NCBI GenBank assembly: GCA_049320885.1
Contig: JBMORA010000032.1
Location: forward strand, 32,001-96,000
Length of the DNA stretch: 64,000 bases
Direction: 5' to 3'
Source of the DNA: Thermodesulfobacteriota bacterium
GTDB lineage: Bacteria > Desulfobacterota > Desulfobacteria > Desulfobacterales > SURF-7
Shown here: positions 39,533 through 51,100 of the stretch, one piece after another
How the letters are laid out: each line of letters begins with the position of its first letter
Position numbering within the stretch: position 1 is the first letter of the stretch
Made by a program: the position numbers and the translations under genes
Notes under the pieces: generated by a model
Database searches by the model: none
The model's input: the letters and a program-made list of their open reading frames with translations, nothing else
What the model was told of the DNA's origin: nothing

Positions 39533-40630
39533 TTATTCGCCGGCAACCGACAGCTTTTTCATGAAATCATGGTACAGTTCCGCCGCCTTCACCACCTGAT
39601 GAAAGGGAACGGATTCGTCCTGGGTGTGGGCTTTTTCCAACTGACCGGGCCCCAGAAGAATCGGCTTGGCACCGGCGGCGAAAATCTGGTTGGCGTCGGA
39701 ATGGCTGCGGAAAGCCGAGGTTTTCCATGGCAGGGCATGGTCCTTGAAAACGCCCTTCAGGATATCCGCCAGGGCGCCTTTTTCCGGGAGGGCATAACCG
39801 GCGTCGATGGTTTCGGTCCGAAACCGGACCGTGATGTCCGCAGTCCCGTTGTCCCGGGCGCCCACCACCTCCTCGATCTCGGTGACGATCTCGCCGATGG
39901 ACCTCTCCGGCGGCAGATGGATGTCGATCCAGGCCTCGCCGTATTCGGGAACGGCGAAACCGGCGGGCGGCGTGAACAGATCCCGGATGTTGTAAATCAG
40001 CTCCGGCCGTTTGTGCTCCAGGTGGCTGGTGAACTTGAGCAGGCCGCCCAGCAGGATCTCCACCGCGTTCTGTTTCCGGTCCGCCAGGGAGGCGTGGCGC
40101 CTTTTCCCCACCGTGTTGATCTGGCCCTCGAGATAGCCATAGCTTTGAAAACAAGGGACCAGATCCGTGGGTTCGCCGATCAGGGCCCAGGGAAAACGGT
40201 AGTTCCTCATCAACTGGGCCGCTCCGTCCCCGGTCTCCTCCTCGCCCACCACCAGGCACAGGGCCACGGGCGGCTGGGGGACACCGGTTTGCCGCAAGGA
40301 CAGGAACGCCTCGATCATCGCCGCGCAGCCGGCTTTCATGTCGGCGCTGCCCAGGCCGAAAACCTCATCCCCTTTTTCCACGAACAGATAATTGTCCAGG
40401 TCATAGGCCGTCACCGTATCCAGGTGCCCGATGAGGGCCAGGCGAATATCGCCCCCTTCCGGCGCCGCGATCAGGTTGTAGCGATGCTCGTCCACCGGCT
40501 GGACCTGGACCTCCACCCCGTTGCGCTTGAGATACCCCTTGAGATAATGGAGAATCTCCTCTTCCTTGCCGGAAGGGCTGTAAATGTCGATGAGACGCTG
40601 CAACAGTTTTTTCAGACGCTGGCAATCCAT
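39533..40630 (-). CDS. M20-family metallohydrolase (ArgE/DapE-like deacylase)
   Basis: GHLDTV, GSADMKAG, GEE, GEPT, SDAN, AHTQDE. Confidence 0.9.
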   Translation of the reverse strand: MDCQRLKKLLQRLIDIYSPSGKEEEILHYLKGYLKRNGVEVQVQPVDEHRYNLIAAPEGGDIRLALIGHLDTVTAYDLDNYLFVEKGDEVFGLGSADMKAGCAAMIEAFLSLRQTGVPQPPVALCLVVGEEETGDGAAQLMRNYRFPWALIGEPTDLVPCFQSYGYLEGQINTVGKRRHASLADRKQNAVEILLGGLLKFTSHLEHKRPELIYNIRDLFTPPAGFAVPEYGEAWIDIHLPPERSIGEIVTEIEEVVGARDNGTADITVRFRTETIDAGYALPEKGALADILKGVFKDHALPWKTSAFRSHSDANQIFAAGAKPILLGPGQLEKAHTQDESVPFHQVVKAAELYHDFMKKLSVAGE

Positions 40631-40638
40631 CCCGCTCC

Positions 40639-41232
40639 CTATTCCCTGCGCATGAACAGCAACTCCACCGGCGAGAGGCCTTCTTGGATGCGGTGATGAC
40701 CGTTCCCGTTGGCCTGAATTTTCTGTTTCAGGCGCTGCTGGTCCGCCGCCAGGTTCATGGTCAGGTAAAAATGCTTTTTCGGCGGACCGAACCCCATTTT
40801 ACTGAAAAACCGCAGGCCGCGCTTGTTCTCCGCCGGCGTGTCCACCATCAACATCCGGACGCCTTTTTTAAGCATCATATCCTTGAAACGGTTGAATAAT
40901 TTTTCGGCAACCCCCTTGCGCTGGTATTTCGGCAGCACGCCGAACCAGATGAGATAGCCGTATTTCCAGGCAGAATGGTTTTTCACGATGATGGTACCCA
41001 GGGCGAATCCGACAATGTCATCCTCGTCTTCCGCCACCAGGCAGAATTCCGTGTCGCTGTTAAAAAGCGTTGTGATTTCAAATGGGTCCCAGGTCCGGTA
41101 CATGGTGGGGGTTTCGTCGGCCTTGAAAAGTTCCTCGCCCATGTGGAACACATGGGCAATGTCGTCGATCTCCATTTCCCGAATTTTGATGTTGGGACGC
41201 TTGTTCTGACTGTCCGGTTCTTCTGAATCCAT
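40639..41232 (-). CDS. GNAT-family N-acetyltransferase
   Basis: IREM..DD, acetyl-CoA motif V.PKYQRKGVA, N..GLRFF.KMGF. Confidence 0.9.
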   Translation of the reverse strand: MDSEEPDSQNKRPNIKIREMEIDDIAHVFHMGEELFKADETPTMYRTWDPFEITTLFNSDTEFCLVAEDEDDIVGFALGTIIVKNHSAWKYGYLIWFGVLPKYQRKGVAEKLFNRFKDMMLKKGVRMLMVDTPAENKRGLRFFSKMGFGPPKKHFYLTMNLAADQQRLKQKIQANGNGHHRIQEGLSPVELLFMRRE

Positions 41233-41493
41233 ACTTTCTTTCCTTGCTGCGGCTGGCTGTCCGGCCCCAAAACACGGGACCATTTCTATCCAATGCTCTA
41301 TTCAGACGATAATACCGGCCCAAGATGCGTCAAGCGGCCGGTTCTGTCAAATCCAGCCGTTTTTACAGCAAACGCCGGAGAGATTCAAACATTTTTCATG
41401 CAGGGATGTCGGAATCGGGAATGATGAACCTGGCCATTCCGTAGTCCATCGCGAGGAGCCGCTTCGCCATATTCATCTTTCCATCACCGGACG

Positions 41494-42129
41494 TCATTCG
41501 GTATTCTTGTGTTTGCACCTATCTTCGTCCAAACATGCCTGATGTTGCGAGGCTTCCTTCAAGATGCGGATGCCGCCGCGCAGCACGACAATCGCAATGA
41601 GCAGGCCGATGACCAGATCAGGGTACCGGCTGCCGAAGGCCCATACCAGAACGCCGGAGACGATAACGCCGATATTGGCGATGACGTCGTTGGTGGAAAA
41701 AATCACGGAGGCGCGCATATGTACCCCGCCGTCCCGGTGTTTGGATATGAGGAAGAGACAGACAGCATTGGCGATCAAGGCAATGGCGCCGACCCCCATC
41801 ATGAGGATGCTCACCGGTTCGCTGCCGAGGATAAACCTTCGAAGAACATCGAAGAGCACCAGCACGGCCAGCGCGATCTGGGCCATTCCGCTCCATTTGG
41901 CGGCCTTGCCCTTCAAGACCGGGCTTTTCCCGACAGCATACAGGCTGATGGAGTACACGGCGGCATCCGCGAACATGTCCAGCGAATCGGCGATAAGGCC
42001 CGTGGATTCCGCCACCAGGCCCAGCACAAATTCCAACACAAACATGAAAGCGTTGATGCCGAGAACGATCAGCAGGGTTTTCCGCTCCTGTTCGTTCCGG
42101 GCCTCTATTTCACATCCGCAACCCGTCAT
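41494..42129 (-). CDS. Cation diffusion facilitator (CzcD-like, no C-terminal domain)
   Basis: S.GLIADSLDM.ADA, HMRAS.IFS.NDV..N, PDL..G; N-terminal CGC. Confidence 0.88.
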   Translation of the reverse strand: MTGCGCEIEARNEQERKTLLIVLGINAFMFVLEFVLGLVAESTGLIADSLDMFADAAVYSISLYAVGKSPVLKGKAAKWSGMAQIALAVLVLFDVLRRFILGSEPVSILMMGVGAIALIANAVCLFLISKHRDGGVHMRASVIFSTNDVIANIGVIVSGVLVWAFGSRYPDLVIGLLIAIVVLRGGIRILKEASQHQACLDEDRCKHKNTE

Positions 42130-42274
42130 TCAAATCTCCTTTCCCCTTCATATTGCATGACATCCTGTTTTGACGCACTGGATGTTTGGTCTGGAATGTT
42201 TTTTACTATATTATCGTTACATACGGAAGAACCGTGTTGCATTAGGGGTGCAGGGTCCTTGCCACATGGTCCAT

Positions 42275-45200
42275 TCAGGAGGCGACGGCGGGATCCGGCC
42301 CCCTATCCCGGAAACCGCTTTCGGACATGGCCGGTATCCGGATCAGAAAAACGACCCCCTGCCCCGGGGTGCTGGCGCATTCCAGGGAGCCTCCCAGGGA
42401 TTTGGCAACCAGGTTGTAGAGAATATGCATGCCGAGGCCGGTGCCGCCACGGCCGCGCCTGGTGGTAAAAAACGGATCGCACATTTTTTGCAAGGTTGCC
42501 TCGTCCATACCTTTGCCGTTGTCCCTGTACGCCACGACGATCCAGTCCGCTTCCGGCCAGATATCAATGTCGATTTCACCGGCCGGCCTGTTTTCAAAAC
42601 CGTGGATGATGGAGTTCATGATCAGGTTGGTGAAAATTTTATATACATATCCGGGATCGGTATACAGTTTCAGGTCCGCCGGGCAGCGGACGCTGATCCG
42701 GTGGCCGCCGGCCTGGAGTTTCGGCCGCAGGCCGACGATCAGTTCGTCGATGTAGTCCCTCAGAACGATCCAGAGGTATTGTCCGCCGCTTTTTTCTCCG
42801 GTGATTTGCTTGAAGCTGCTCACCAGGTCGGCGGCGTTCTGCAGGTTGTTGTAGATCAGACGGGAGGATTCGGCGGCGATCCGCAGATAATTGTCCAAAT
42901 CCTTGCGGGAAACCCGTTCTTCGGTGAATGCCTGCCGTGCGGTGTGGGTTTTTTCTTCCAGCAGGGAGGAAGCCATCAGGCCGATCCCCAGCGGGGTATT
43001 GATTTCATGGGCCACGCCGGCCACAAGGGCGCCGAGGGCCGCCATTTTTTCCGTCTGAACCAGTTGCTCCTGGGTGTTTCGGAGGGTTTCCAGGGATTTC
43101 TGCAACTCGGCGGTGCGCTCCGCGACCCGTTGCTCCAGTTCGATATTCAAGGCGCGGATTTCCTCCTCGGCCTGCTTGCGGAGGCTGATGTCGCGGGTGA
43201 CGCCGAGGATGCTGACGGGTTTGCCCTGCTCGTTCCGCAGGAAGCGCATGCTGGTTTCCACCCATACCAGCGAGCCGTCTTTCCTGATCAGTTCGATTTC
43301 CATGGTCCTGGTCCTGGCCGGATCGGCCGTGCCGAGGTCTTCCAGGGCGAATTCTTCCTGAAGGGCTTTCCGGAGGTTCGAAAGGGAATCGCCGGTCATG
43401 ATATCCTCCAGGGACAAGCGCAGGGCTTCTTCCGGGGTAAATCCCCGCATCTGTCGCACCGAAGGGCTTTGATAGGTAAAACGCATCTGTGCGAGATCGA
43501 AAACCCAGATATTGTCGGAAACATTTTCCGCCAGCAGGCGGTATTTTCGCTCCGATTCCATCAAGGCCCGGGTCGTTGAGTTCAGGTTTTCATAGAGGGC
43601 CGCGTTTTCAAGGGAGATGGCGGCCTGGGAGGCAAGCATCTTGAGGATCTCAATGCGATCGAGGGTGAAAACGCCGGGAGCCACCGTGTTTTCCAGGTAG
43701 AGAATTCCGGTCAGTTTGGAATGGCGGATCACCGGCATGCACAGCACCGATCTGGCGGAATGCCTGCGGACATAAGGATCGGCGGTATAATCCCCCTCCC
43801 GGGAGGCATCGTTCAATACGATGTGTTCCCGGGTGCGCTTGACGTAATTGACCAGCGGCACCAGGAAATCCGACCGCTGTTCCAGCGGAACCTCCTGGAT
43901 GCTGGTCACCGTCTCATGAGGGCCGGTGGGATGCTCCACCCGTTCCGCTGCCACGAACAGCCGGTCGTCCTTTGCGGAAATGAACAAGACCTTGTCCGCG
44001 CCCGCATGTTCGGCGATGATCCTGGTAAGCCGCAGCAGCAGATCGCTCCAGATAATTTCCGTGGAGATGGCCTGGAGGGAATGAACCACCGTGGAATAAT
44101 CCAAATGCCCCGACAGATACAGACCGTCGCCGTCCCGGAGGGGCGGTTCCGCGGCTTTCCGGATCGGTTCTCCCAGGGCGGCGGCTTTGCCCCGGACGCC
44201 CAACAAACCGTATATCCGGCAGGCTTCCCGGCGAAGACGGTTTGCCCGGTCTTCCCGATGGATGGTGTCGCAGTGGCGGGCGGCCAATTCATTGGCCAGG
44301 GCCTCTTCCAGTAAAAAACCGTTTTCCCCGGCGGCGGCGGCGGCCCGTTGGAAGGCCTGTTCCGCCTCCTCATGGGCGCCCTTGACGCGCAGCATCTCGG
44401 CGGTCAAAAGGTCCAGGTGATGGCGGAAGTTCATCGGGGCGTGACGGGACCAACGGCCCAGTTTTCTCCGGTTGGCGCGGACCCGGCGCATGAGCCGTCG
44501 CCGTTCCGCCGCCGGCGCCTTGGCATACAAGGCCAGCCGGTTCAGCGCATCGAAAAAATAGAAAATCGCCTGGATATAGGAACTCACCACGGCTTCGATG
44601 CATGCTTCCGCCTGCCGGGAATAATCCAGGGCAAACTCGTGCTTTCCGAACAGATAGCAGAGCATGAGTTTATAGAAATACAAGGTGAAGAGCATCGTCC
44701 GATCACCGGCGGCCCGATGGCGCGGCAGCATTTCCTGTTCCCGGTAGCTGTCTCCGGCAAGCAGACACGGCTCTTCCAGCTCGTCCCTAAGGTTCAGGAG
44801 CACCTGGTGGTGCAGCCTGGTCATGTTCAGCTGGGTCTCCTGCTTCAGGGACCGGATGGCCGCGATATATTCCCGCATTTGCGGTTCCAGCCGATCGAGG
44901 GGCTGACCGGTGAAAAGCGAATGAAAGCAGTAAATCTGCAGCGCGAATGCCGCGAATTCGAAATCTCCGGTTTCAATGCCGCTCTGATAGGCGGTTATCA
45001 ACGGATCCAGCGTGTTACGGACCGGTTCCTTCCAGTGGCGGATAAAGGTATTATAAACGAACAGGGTCTTGGCCTTCTGATTCCGGACGTTCATTCGTTC
45101 CAGCAGCCGCAGGGCCGTGTTCCCGAAGCGATACCCGGTGTCGATGTCACCGATGCCGCAGAGGATCAGACCATACCCCGCATAATTATAGGGCGAAAGC

Positions 45201-47971
45201 GGCGTATTGCCGAAGGCGACGGAGAGGCGCACCATCTGAAACACCATGAGCGGCAACAGATTCGGCGCCGTCCAATAGACCGCCGTTGCCATCGTGGACA
45301 TGATGTGAACCCGGGCCATTATCAGGCGGGAATCCATGGGCGCGAGGGTTTCCAGGCTTTCCACTGTCTTCCCCAGAAGCAGCCATTTGGTCTTCAGCAA
45401 TCCGGCCACCAGATGGGGCAGGCGGGGTTTCTTCGGAAACCGGACCCCCAGCTGACCGAGGATATGAAGCCCGCCTTCCACCGCCTCCTGAAGCCTGTTC
45501 ATGGCCAGGAGGGTTTTGATCCTGACCGTATGGACGGGCACCGTGTCCAGGGGCGCGAGCGCGTGCCGGAGCACCTGTACGGCCAGATTTTCCATATCCT
45601 CGAAGGCGGTCGCGAGATAGGCGGCTTCCACGGCCTCGGTGTACAGGTCCAGGGTGAGGGCGTAATTGCGTTTCCAGCCGTCCGTGGTCATCAGGTCGAC
45701 CCCGGTTTTCAGATAGTCGAAGGCCGGTGAATAGGCGGTGGACGATTTCGCCGCTTTGCCCGCCGCGAGGTTGCGTGCGGCCAGGGCCTCTTTATCGTCA
45801 TGCCGGGACAGGAGATGCCTGGCGAGATTGAGCTGATTGACGGTGAAAAAAATATGGCGCGTGGGTTCCCGGTTGGCTGTATCGCTGAAATCGAATCGTC
45901 CGATGCGCAGATGGAGTTCCGCGCGTTCCGGCTCGGAGAGAAGGAGATAAACGGACTCCTGGATGCGGTCATGGGCGAATTTGTAATACCGGTTTGCAGG
46001 AATGATCAGGCCTTCCCGGATGGCCTCCCCCAGGTCGGCCAGGATTTCCTCGATGGACCTGCCGACAAATTCGGCAATGGATTCCAGGCTGAAACGGCTG
46101 CCGAAACAGGCGCAGGTTTTCAATAATTCCCGGGTGCTTTCCGGCAGGCGGGCGATCTTGGCGGTCATCAGGGTCGCGACATTGCGGGTTTCTCCGAGGC
46201 CTTCGATTTCCGCCTCGTCCCACCGCCATCCGGTCAGGGGATCCAGGCGGATCAGGCCGATTTCATGCGCGGTTTCCATGAATTGTTTGAGAAAAAACGG
46301 ATTACCGCCGGTTTTCCGGTGGACCAATTCCGCCAGAGGCAGAGATTTCTCGGCAGTGCAATACAGGCAATTCATCAGAAACCGGTTCACATGCGCCACG
46401 CTCAAGGGATGGAGGTGCAATTCCTGCATGGCGACGCCGCAGCCGGCCAGTTTTTCCCGGATTCCCGTCAGGGGAAGCCGTTCGGCGAACTCGTCGTCCC
46501 GAAAGGCGCCGATGAAGAGGAAATGCCCGAGCCGCGGATCGGCGAGAATGCCGTTCAACAGCCACAGGCTGGCGGAGTCGGCCCATTGCAGATCATCCAG
46601 AAAGATCACCAGTGGATGGTCCTGGGCGGCGAAGACGTTGATGAAATTCTTCATCACCAGCAGAAAGCGGTTTTGGGATTCTTCAGGCCCCAGGACGGAG
46701 GCCTCCGGCTGGGGGCCGATGATCAGGCCGATGTCCGGAAGGAATTCCGTGATCACTCCGGCATTGGATCCCAGGGCCGCGAGGAGGGCCTCCTTCCAGC
46801 GGGTGATTTTTTCCCCGCTCTGGGACAGGAGCTGCCGGATCAGGCGCTTCAGGGCCTGGGAAATGGCGTGATAGGGTGCATCCGGGTGCAACTGTTCAAA
46901 CTTTCCGGAAATGAAATGTCCCTGGCAGGCGGCCACCGGCCGGTGCAGTTCGCGCACCAGGGTGGATTTGCCGATGCCGGCCTGACCGGAAACTAGCACG
47001 GCAACCCGTTCTCCCAACCGGGCACGTTCCAACAGGGATTCGAGTCCGGCCAGTTCCGCGTCCCTGCCGAACAGGCTTTCCGGCGTTCTAAACGAAATCG
47101 GCAAGTCATTTCCGCCCACGGGGAAGAACGCGATTTTCCCGTTTTCTCTAAGCCGTTCCCGGCATGTCCGCAAATCCATCATCAAGCCGAAACCGTTCTG
47201 GTAACGCTCTTCCACGGCTTTGGCCAGCAGCTTCATGACAATCTCCGAAATCACGGGCGGAATGTCCGCATTGCTGTCCGAAGGGGGGAACGGTTTCCGG
47301 GCGATGTGGGCGTAGATGAGTTCCAGGGGGTCATGGAATTCAAACGGCGGGCTGCCGGTGAGCATCTCGTAGAAGACGGCGCCCACGGAGTAGAGGTCGG
47401 AGCGATGATCCACCCGGCGGCCGACCCGGCCGGATCGTTCGGGTGCCAGATACGGCAGGAGGTTGGTCAGCTCCCGGTTGCGCATCGGATTGTCACTGTC
47501 CGACCCCAGCAGACCCAGCTGATGGAAATTTGTCAGTTTGACCATCCGGTCCAAGGGTCTGACCAGGATATTTCCGGATCCGACGGCGTTATGGACAATG
47601 CCTTTCTGATGCAATCCGCCGAGGGTTTCCGCCAGGCTGATGCCGATGTCCAGAAACAGGCCGATATCCGGGCATCCACGGTCCCCGATGATCTGTTTCA
47701 GGCTTTCGCCGTTGAAATCCTCCTGGACGATCATCAGATGGCCCGGAACGAGCCGGATTTCATCCACGGCCACGATACCGGGCAATGCCAGGGCCAGCAG
47801 GGCCTCGTATTCCCGTCTGGTTCTGGCGATCTGCGAAGGGCTGGCCTGATCCGTGCGCACCAACGTCAGAATACGGTTTTCATCCGCGCCCTTTTTTCGG
47901 ACCCGGTAGGTTCGCCGATGAGGACTCGCCTCAAGGGGTTCGATGATGTGGTAATCCCCTATGGTCTGCAT
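42275..47971 (-). CDS. Multidomain sensor: Ser/Thr kinase-like + AAA ATPase + helical repeats + GAF + PAS + histidine kinase
   Basis: YLAPE..GR, D.YS.G; GQAGIGKST; FLDDLQWAD; GAF SVLCMP...LYLEN; PAS; AHEINTPLG; NLIMNS, DNG.G, PFFTT, GTGLG. Confidence 0.92.
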   Translation of the reverse strand: MQTIGDYHIIEPLEASPHRRTYRVRKKGADENRILTLVRTDQASPSQIARTRREYEALLALALPGIVAVDEIRLVPGHLMIVQEDFNGESLKQIIGDRGCPDIGLFLDIGISLAETLGGLHQKGIVHNAVGSGNILVRPLDRMVKLTNFHQLGLLGSDSDNPMRNRELTNLLPYLAPERSGRVGRRVDHRSDLYSVGAVFYEMLTGSPPFEFHDPLELIYAHIARKPFPPSDSNADIPPVISEIVMKLLAKAVEERYQNGFGLMMDLRTCRERLRENGKIAFFPVGGNDLPISFRTPESLFGRDAELAGLESLLERARLGERVAVLVSGQAGIGKSTLVRELHRPVAACQGHFISGKFEQLHPDAPYHAISQALKRLIRQLLSQSGEKITRWKEALLAALGSNAGVITEFLPDIGLIIGPQPEASVLGPEESQNRFLLVMKNFINVFAAQDHPLVIFLDDLQWADSASLWLLNGILADPRLGHFLFIGAFRDDEFAERLPLTGIREKLAGCGVAMQELHLHPLSVAHVNRFLMNCLYCTAEKSLPLAELVHRKTGGNPFFLKQFMETAHEIGLIRLDPLTGWRWDEAEIEGLGETRNVATLMTAKIARLPESTRELLKTCACFGSRFSLESIAEFVGRSIEEILADLGEAIREGLIIPANRYYKFAHDRIQESVYLLLSEPERAELHLRIGRFDFSDTANREPTRHIFFTVNQLNLARHLLSRHDDKEALAARNLAAGKAAKSSTAYSPAFDYLKTGVDLMTTDGWKRNYALTLDLYTEAVEAAYLATAFEDMENLAVQVLRHALAPLDTVPVHTVRIKTLLAMNRLQEAVEGGLHILGQLGVRFPKKPRLPHLVAGLLKTKWLLLGKTVESLETLAPMDSRLIMARVHIMSTMATAVYWTAPNLLPLMVFQMVRLSVAFGNTPLSPYNYAGYGLILCGIGDIDTGYRFGNTALRLLERMNVRNQKAKTLFVYNTFIRHWKEPVRNTLDPLITAYQSGIETGDFEFAAFALQIYCFHSLFTGQPLDRLEPQMREYIAAIRSLKQETQLNMTRLHHQVLLNLRDELEEPCLLAGDSYREQEMLPRHRAAGDRTMLFTLYFYKLMLCYLFGKHEFALDYSRQAEACIEAVVSSYIQAIFYFFDALNRLALYAKAPAAERRRLMRRVRANRRKLGRWSRHAPMNFRHHLDLLTAEMLRVKGAHEEAEQAFQRAAAAAGENGFLLEEALANELAARHCDTIHREDRANRLRREACRIYGLLGVRGKAAALGEPIRKAAEPPLRDGDGLYLSGHLDYSTVVHSLQAISTEIIWSDLLLRLTRIIAEHAGADKVLFISAKDDRLFVAAERVEHPTGPHETVTSIQEVPLEQRSDFLVPLVNYVKRTREHIVLNDASREGDYTADPYVRRHSARSVLCMPVIRHSKLTGILYLENTVAPGVFTLDRIEILKMLASQAAISLENAALYENLNSTTRALMESERKYRLLAENVSDNIWVFDLAQMRFTYQSPSVRQMRGFTPEEALRLSLEDIMTGDSLSNLRKALQEEFALEDLGTADPARTRTMEIELIRKDGSLVWVETSMRFLRNEQGKPVSILGVTRDISLRKQAEEEIRALNIELEQRVAERTAELQKSLETLRNTQEQLVQTEKMAALGALVAGVAHEINTPLGIGLMASSLLEEKTHTARQAFTEERVSRKDLDNYLRIAAESSRLIYNNLQNAADLVSSFKQITGEKSGGQYLWIVLRDYIDELIVGLRPKLQAGGHRISVRCPADLKLYTDPGYVYKIFTNLIMNSIIHGFENRPAGEIDIDIWPEADWIVVAYRDNGKGMDEATLQKMCDPFFTTRRGRGGTGLGMHILYNLVAKSLGGSLECASTPGQGVVFLIRIPAMSESGFRDRGPDPAVAS

Positions 47972-48090
47972 TGGGTATGCGCTGCCCGTTGAAGGGTTCG
48001 GGACGGCCGCCCGCCGGGCGCCCGCATGCCGCCGTCACGGAAAGCCGGTTGTGCATCGGAATTCATGGAATACGGCGAATGAATGGGGAA

Positions 48091-48119
48091 AATATACCCA
48101 ACGGAACCGCCGGTGTCAA
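48091..48119 (-). promoter_or_regulatory. Sigma70 promoter for the 47971 kinase gene
   Basis: Minus-strand TTGACA (48119-48114), 17 nt, TATATT (48096-48091). Confidence 0.65.
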
Positions 48120-48145
48120 GAATGCCGGCTCGAGGACGACCATCC

Positions 48146-51100
48146 TCAGCCGGCGGCCTTACGGGCGGCCGGCGGGGATTCGCCCCTGGGAAAGCGGATC
48201 ACGATGTCGACGCCCTGGTTCGGCTCGCTTTTCACCTGGATATCCCCCTTGAGGGATTGGGTGACCAGGTTGTAAAGAATATGCATGCCCAGGCCGGTTC
48301 CTCCCTGGTTCCTTTTGGTGGTGAAAAACGGATCGAATATTTTTCCCAAGGTTTCCCGGTTCATCCCGCGGCCGTTGTCCCTGTATTCCATCACCAGGGA
48401 CATTTCCTCCTCCCGGACGGCAAGGACGATTTCTCCTGCCGGCATCCCGTCGAACCCATGCAGGAGCGAATTCATCACCAGGTTGGTGATGATCTGGGAC
48501 AGCACTCCGGGATAGCTGTTGATTTTCAGGTTTTCCGGGCAGTCGACCTTCACGCGATGAGCGGTTTTTTTCAATTTCGGGCGCAGGCTGTTCAGGATAT
48601 CCTCGATACAGGTTATCAAGCGGAAGTCGCGCTTTTCCTCATGGGTTTGATCCACCGCCACATTCTTGAAGCTGTTGATCAGCTCTCCGGCCCGGTTCAA
48701 ATTGGTGTGAATGATGCTGGCAGCCTCCATGGCGGTATCGGCGTATTTCCGGAAATCCGCTGCGGACAGCTCGCCCCGGGTGAATTTCCGGACGTAATTC
48801 TCGGTCTTATCCCGGAGAAAGGTAGCGGCGGTGACACCGATTCCCAGCGGGGTGTTGATCTCGTGGGCGATTCCGGCCACGAGGCCTCCCAAAGCCGCCA
48901 TTTTTTCCGACTGAACCAGCTGATGCTGGGCGTTCTGAAGTGCTTCCAGGGACTCCCGCAACTCGGCGGTCCGCCGGATGACGCGCTGCTCCAGGTCTGC
49001 GTTCAGCTGCTGGACTTTTTCCTCCGCTTCCAACAGGTTTTGATACAGCAGGGCGTTCTCCAGGGATATGGCGGCCTGGGAGGAAAGGAGTTGCAGAATC
49101 CCCACCCGCTCCCCCTGGAAAACCCCCGCGGTTTCACTGTTTTCCAGGTACAGCAGGCCGATCAGTTTTCCCTGGCGGATCACCGGGAGACACAGGATCG
49201 ATCTGGGACGATGCTTCTGGATGTAGGGGTCGGCGGAATACAGGGGATGCCCGCCGGCGTCGTCGATCAACAGGAAAGTGCCCGTCCGTTTCACCTGCAG
49301 GATGGCCGGCATCAGCAAGGGGCCGGAAGGCTCCCCCATCTCCCGGCGGATCACCGTGCCGCCTCCATGGGGGGCTGTTTCGTCCATGATTCGGCGTTCG
49401 GCCTCGTACAGAAACCGGTCCTCCTTGACGATGAGAAAAACCGCCCTGTCGGCGCCGGCAATTTCGAGCATGATGGTGAGCAATTTCTCGATCAGCTGCT
49501 CCAGAATGATTTCGGTGGAAATGGCCTGGAGGGCTTTGACCACCGTCATGTAATCGAGACTCCCCGGCAGGACGGCGGAATGCGGGGGCAGCGGCCGCAT
49601 GAAAATGTCCGGGTAGGCGCTTTCCAGCTGACGGGCCTTGGCGGTGGCCCCCCATTGGGCGTATTTATCCCGGGCGGCGGCCATGTAAATGTCGGCCAGG
49701 GAATGGGTTCCCCGGGAGCGATGGAATTTGGCCGCCAGCTCCAACGCCAGCGCTTCCTCGTGCAGGAATTCATTGTGATGGGCGCCTTCGATGGCCTGGC
49801 GGTATTTTTCCTCGGCCCGTTGGTTGCGGCCCCGGACGCGAAGGAATTCTGCCGTAACCAGGTCGTATTTGTGCTGGAAATTCATGGGGGCGTGGCGGGC
49901 CCAATGCCGGAGACGTTTCCGGATCCGGCCCACCTGTTTCGGCACGCTGCGTCCTCCGGCCAGGGGGGCGGCGTCCACCAGGGCCAGCCTGGCAAGGGCT
50001 TCGTAAAAATGGAAATTGGCATACACCAGCAGCCCGTTGAGGGAGTGAAGATCCCGCGCCCCTTTTTCCGCACAGCAGACCGCCTGACCGTAAGCGCCAT
50101 GGAGATAATTCAGGAAAAGCTTCGCGAACTGGAGGCTGCAGACCGCCGTCCGGTCACCGGCCTCTTCATGCCGGGGCAGCATTCGGTCCTCGGAATACAC
50201 GTCGCCGTTCAGGCGGCCCGGTGTCTTTTCCGCCCGCAGCAGGTTTTGAACCGTCTGGCGGCACATCAGGGCCAGCTGGAGCTGGGACTCCTGTTTCATG
50301 GACCGCAGGGTTTCCACGTGGCCCTCGATTTCCAGATCGATTTCCTCCAGGTTCATGCGGACCTGAAAAGCCGACCAGCAATAGAGCATGAGGGCATGGG
50401 CGGCGAATTCCGAGTCCCCTGATCCGATCCCCGTCCGATAGACCGCGAGGAGCTGCGGCAGGCCGTTTTCCGCGTGAATTTTCCAGTGCAGGATGAACCC
50501 GTTGACCACCAGCCCGGTTTTGGCGGGATGGACGCTGGTTTTCAGCCGTCCCTGAAGTGCCATGGCCAACTGGCCGAAACGGAAGCCCGCCTCGATGTTT
50601 CCGGCGCTGCACAGGATCAAGCCATAGGCGGCATAGTGGTAGGGCGATCCCGGGGAAATTCCGTATCGAATGGACAGACGCGTCATTTTAGTAACGAGCA
50701 GCGGCAGCAGGGACGGCCGGCTGTAATAGACGGCGGTGGAAATGCTTTCCATGATCCGCAGCATGGCAAGCAGCCCGGCGTCCGTCATCCGCGGTTTGTC
50801 CGCCAGTTCCTCGATGGTTTTTCCGTAAAGCGCCAGCCGGGTATGCAGCAGCCCGGAAAAGACGCTCCGGACGGACGGTTTTTCCGGGAATCTCACGCCC
50901 ATGCGGCTGAGGAGTTGCAGCCCCGTTTCGACGGCTTCCTTCAAGCGATTGCGCGCCATGGAGCTGCGGATGCAGACCTCGCAGGCCCTGATGGTGTCCT
51001 CCAGGCAGCGGGCCCGGCGGATGGTTTCGGCGGTGAAGCGCTCCAGCTTTTCATAGGCGGTGGACAAATAAGCGGTTTCGGCCGCCTCATCAAACAGGGA

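Noticed and set aside
48083..50422. 779-aa plus-strand ORF (and similar ORFs at 42170, 44348, 50474)
   Set aside because: Antisense shadows of the two histidine kinase genes.
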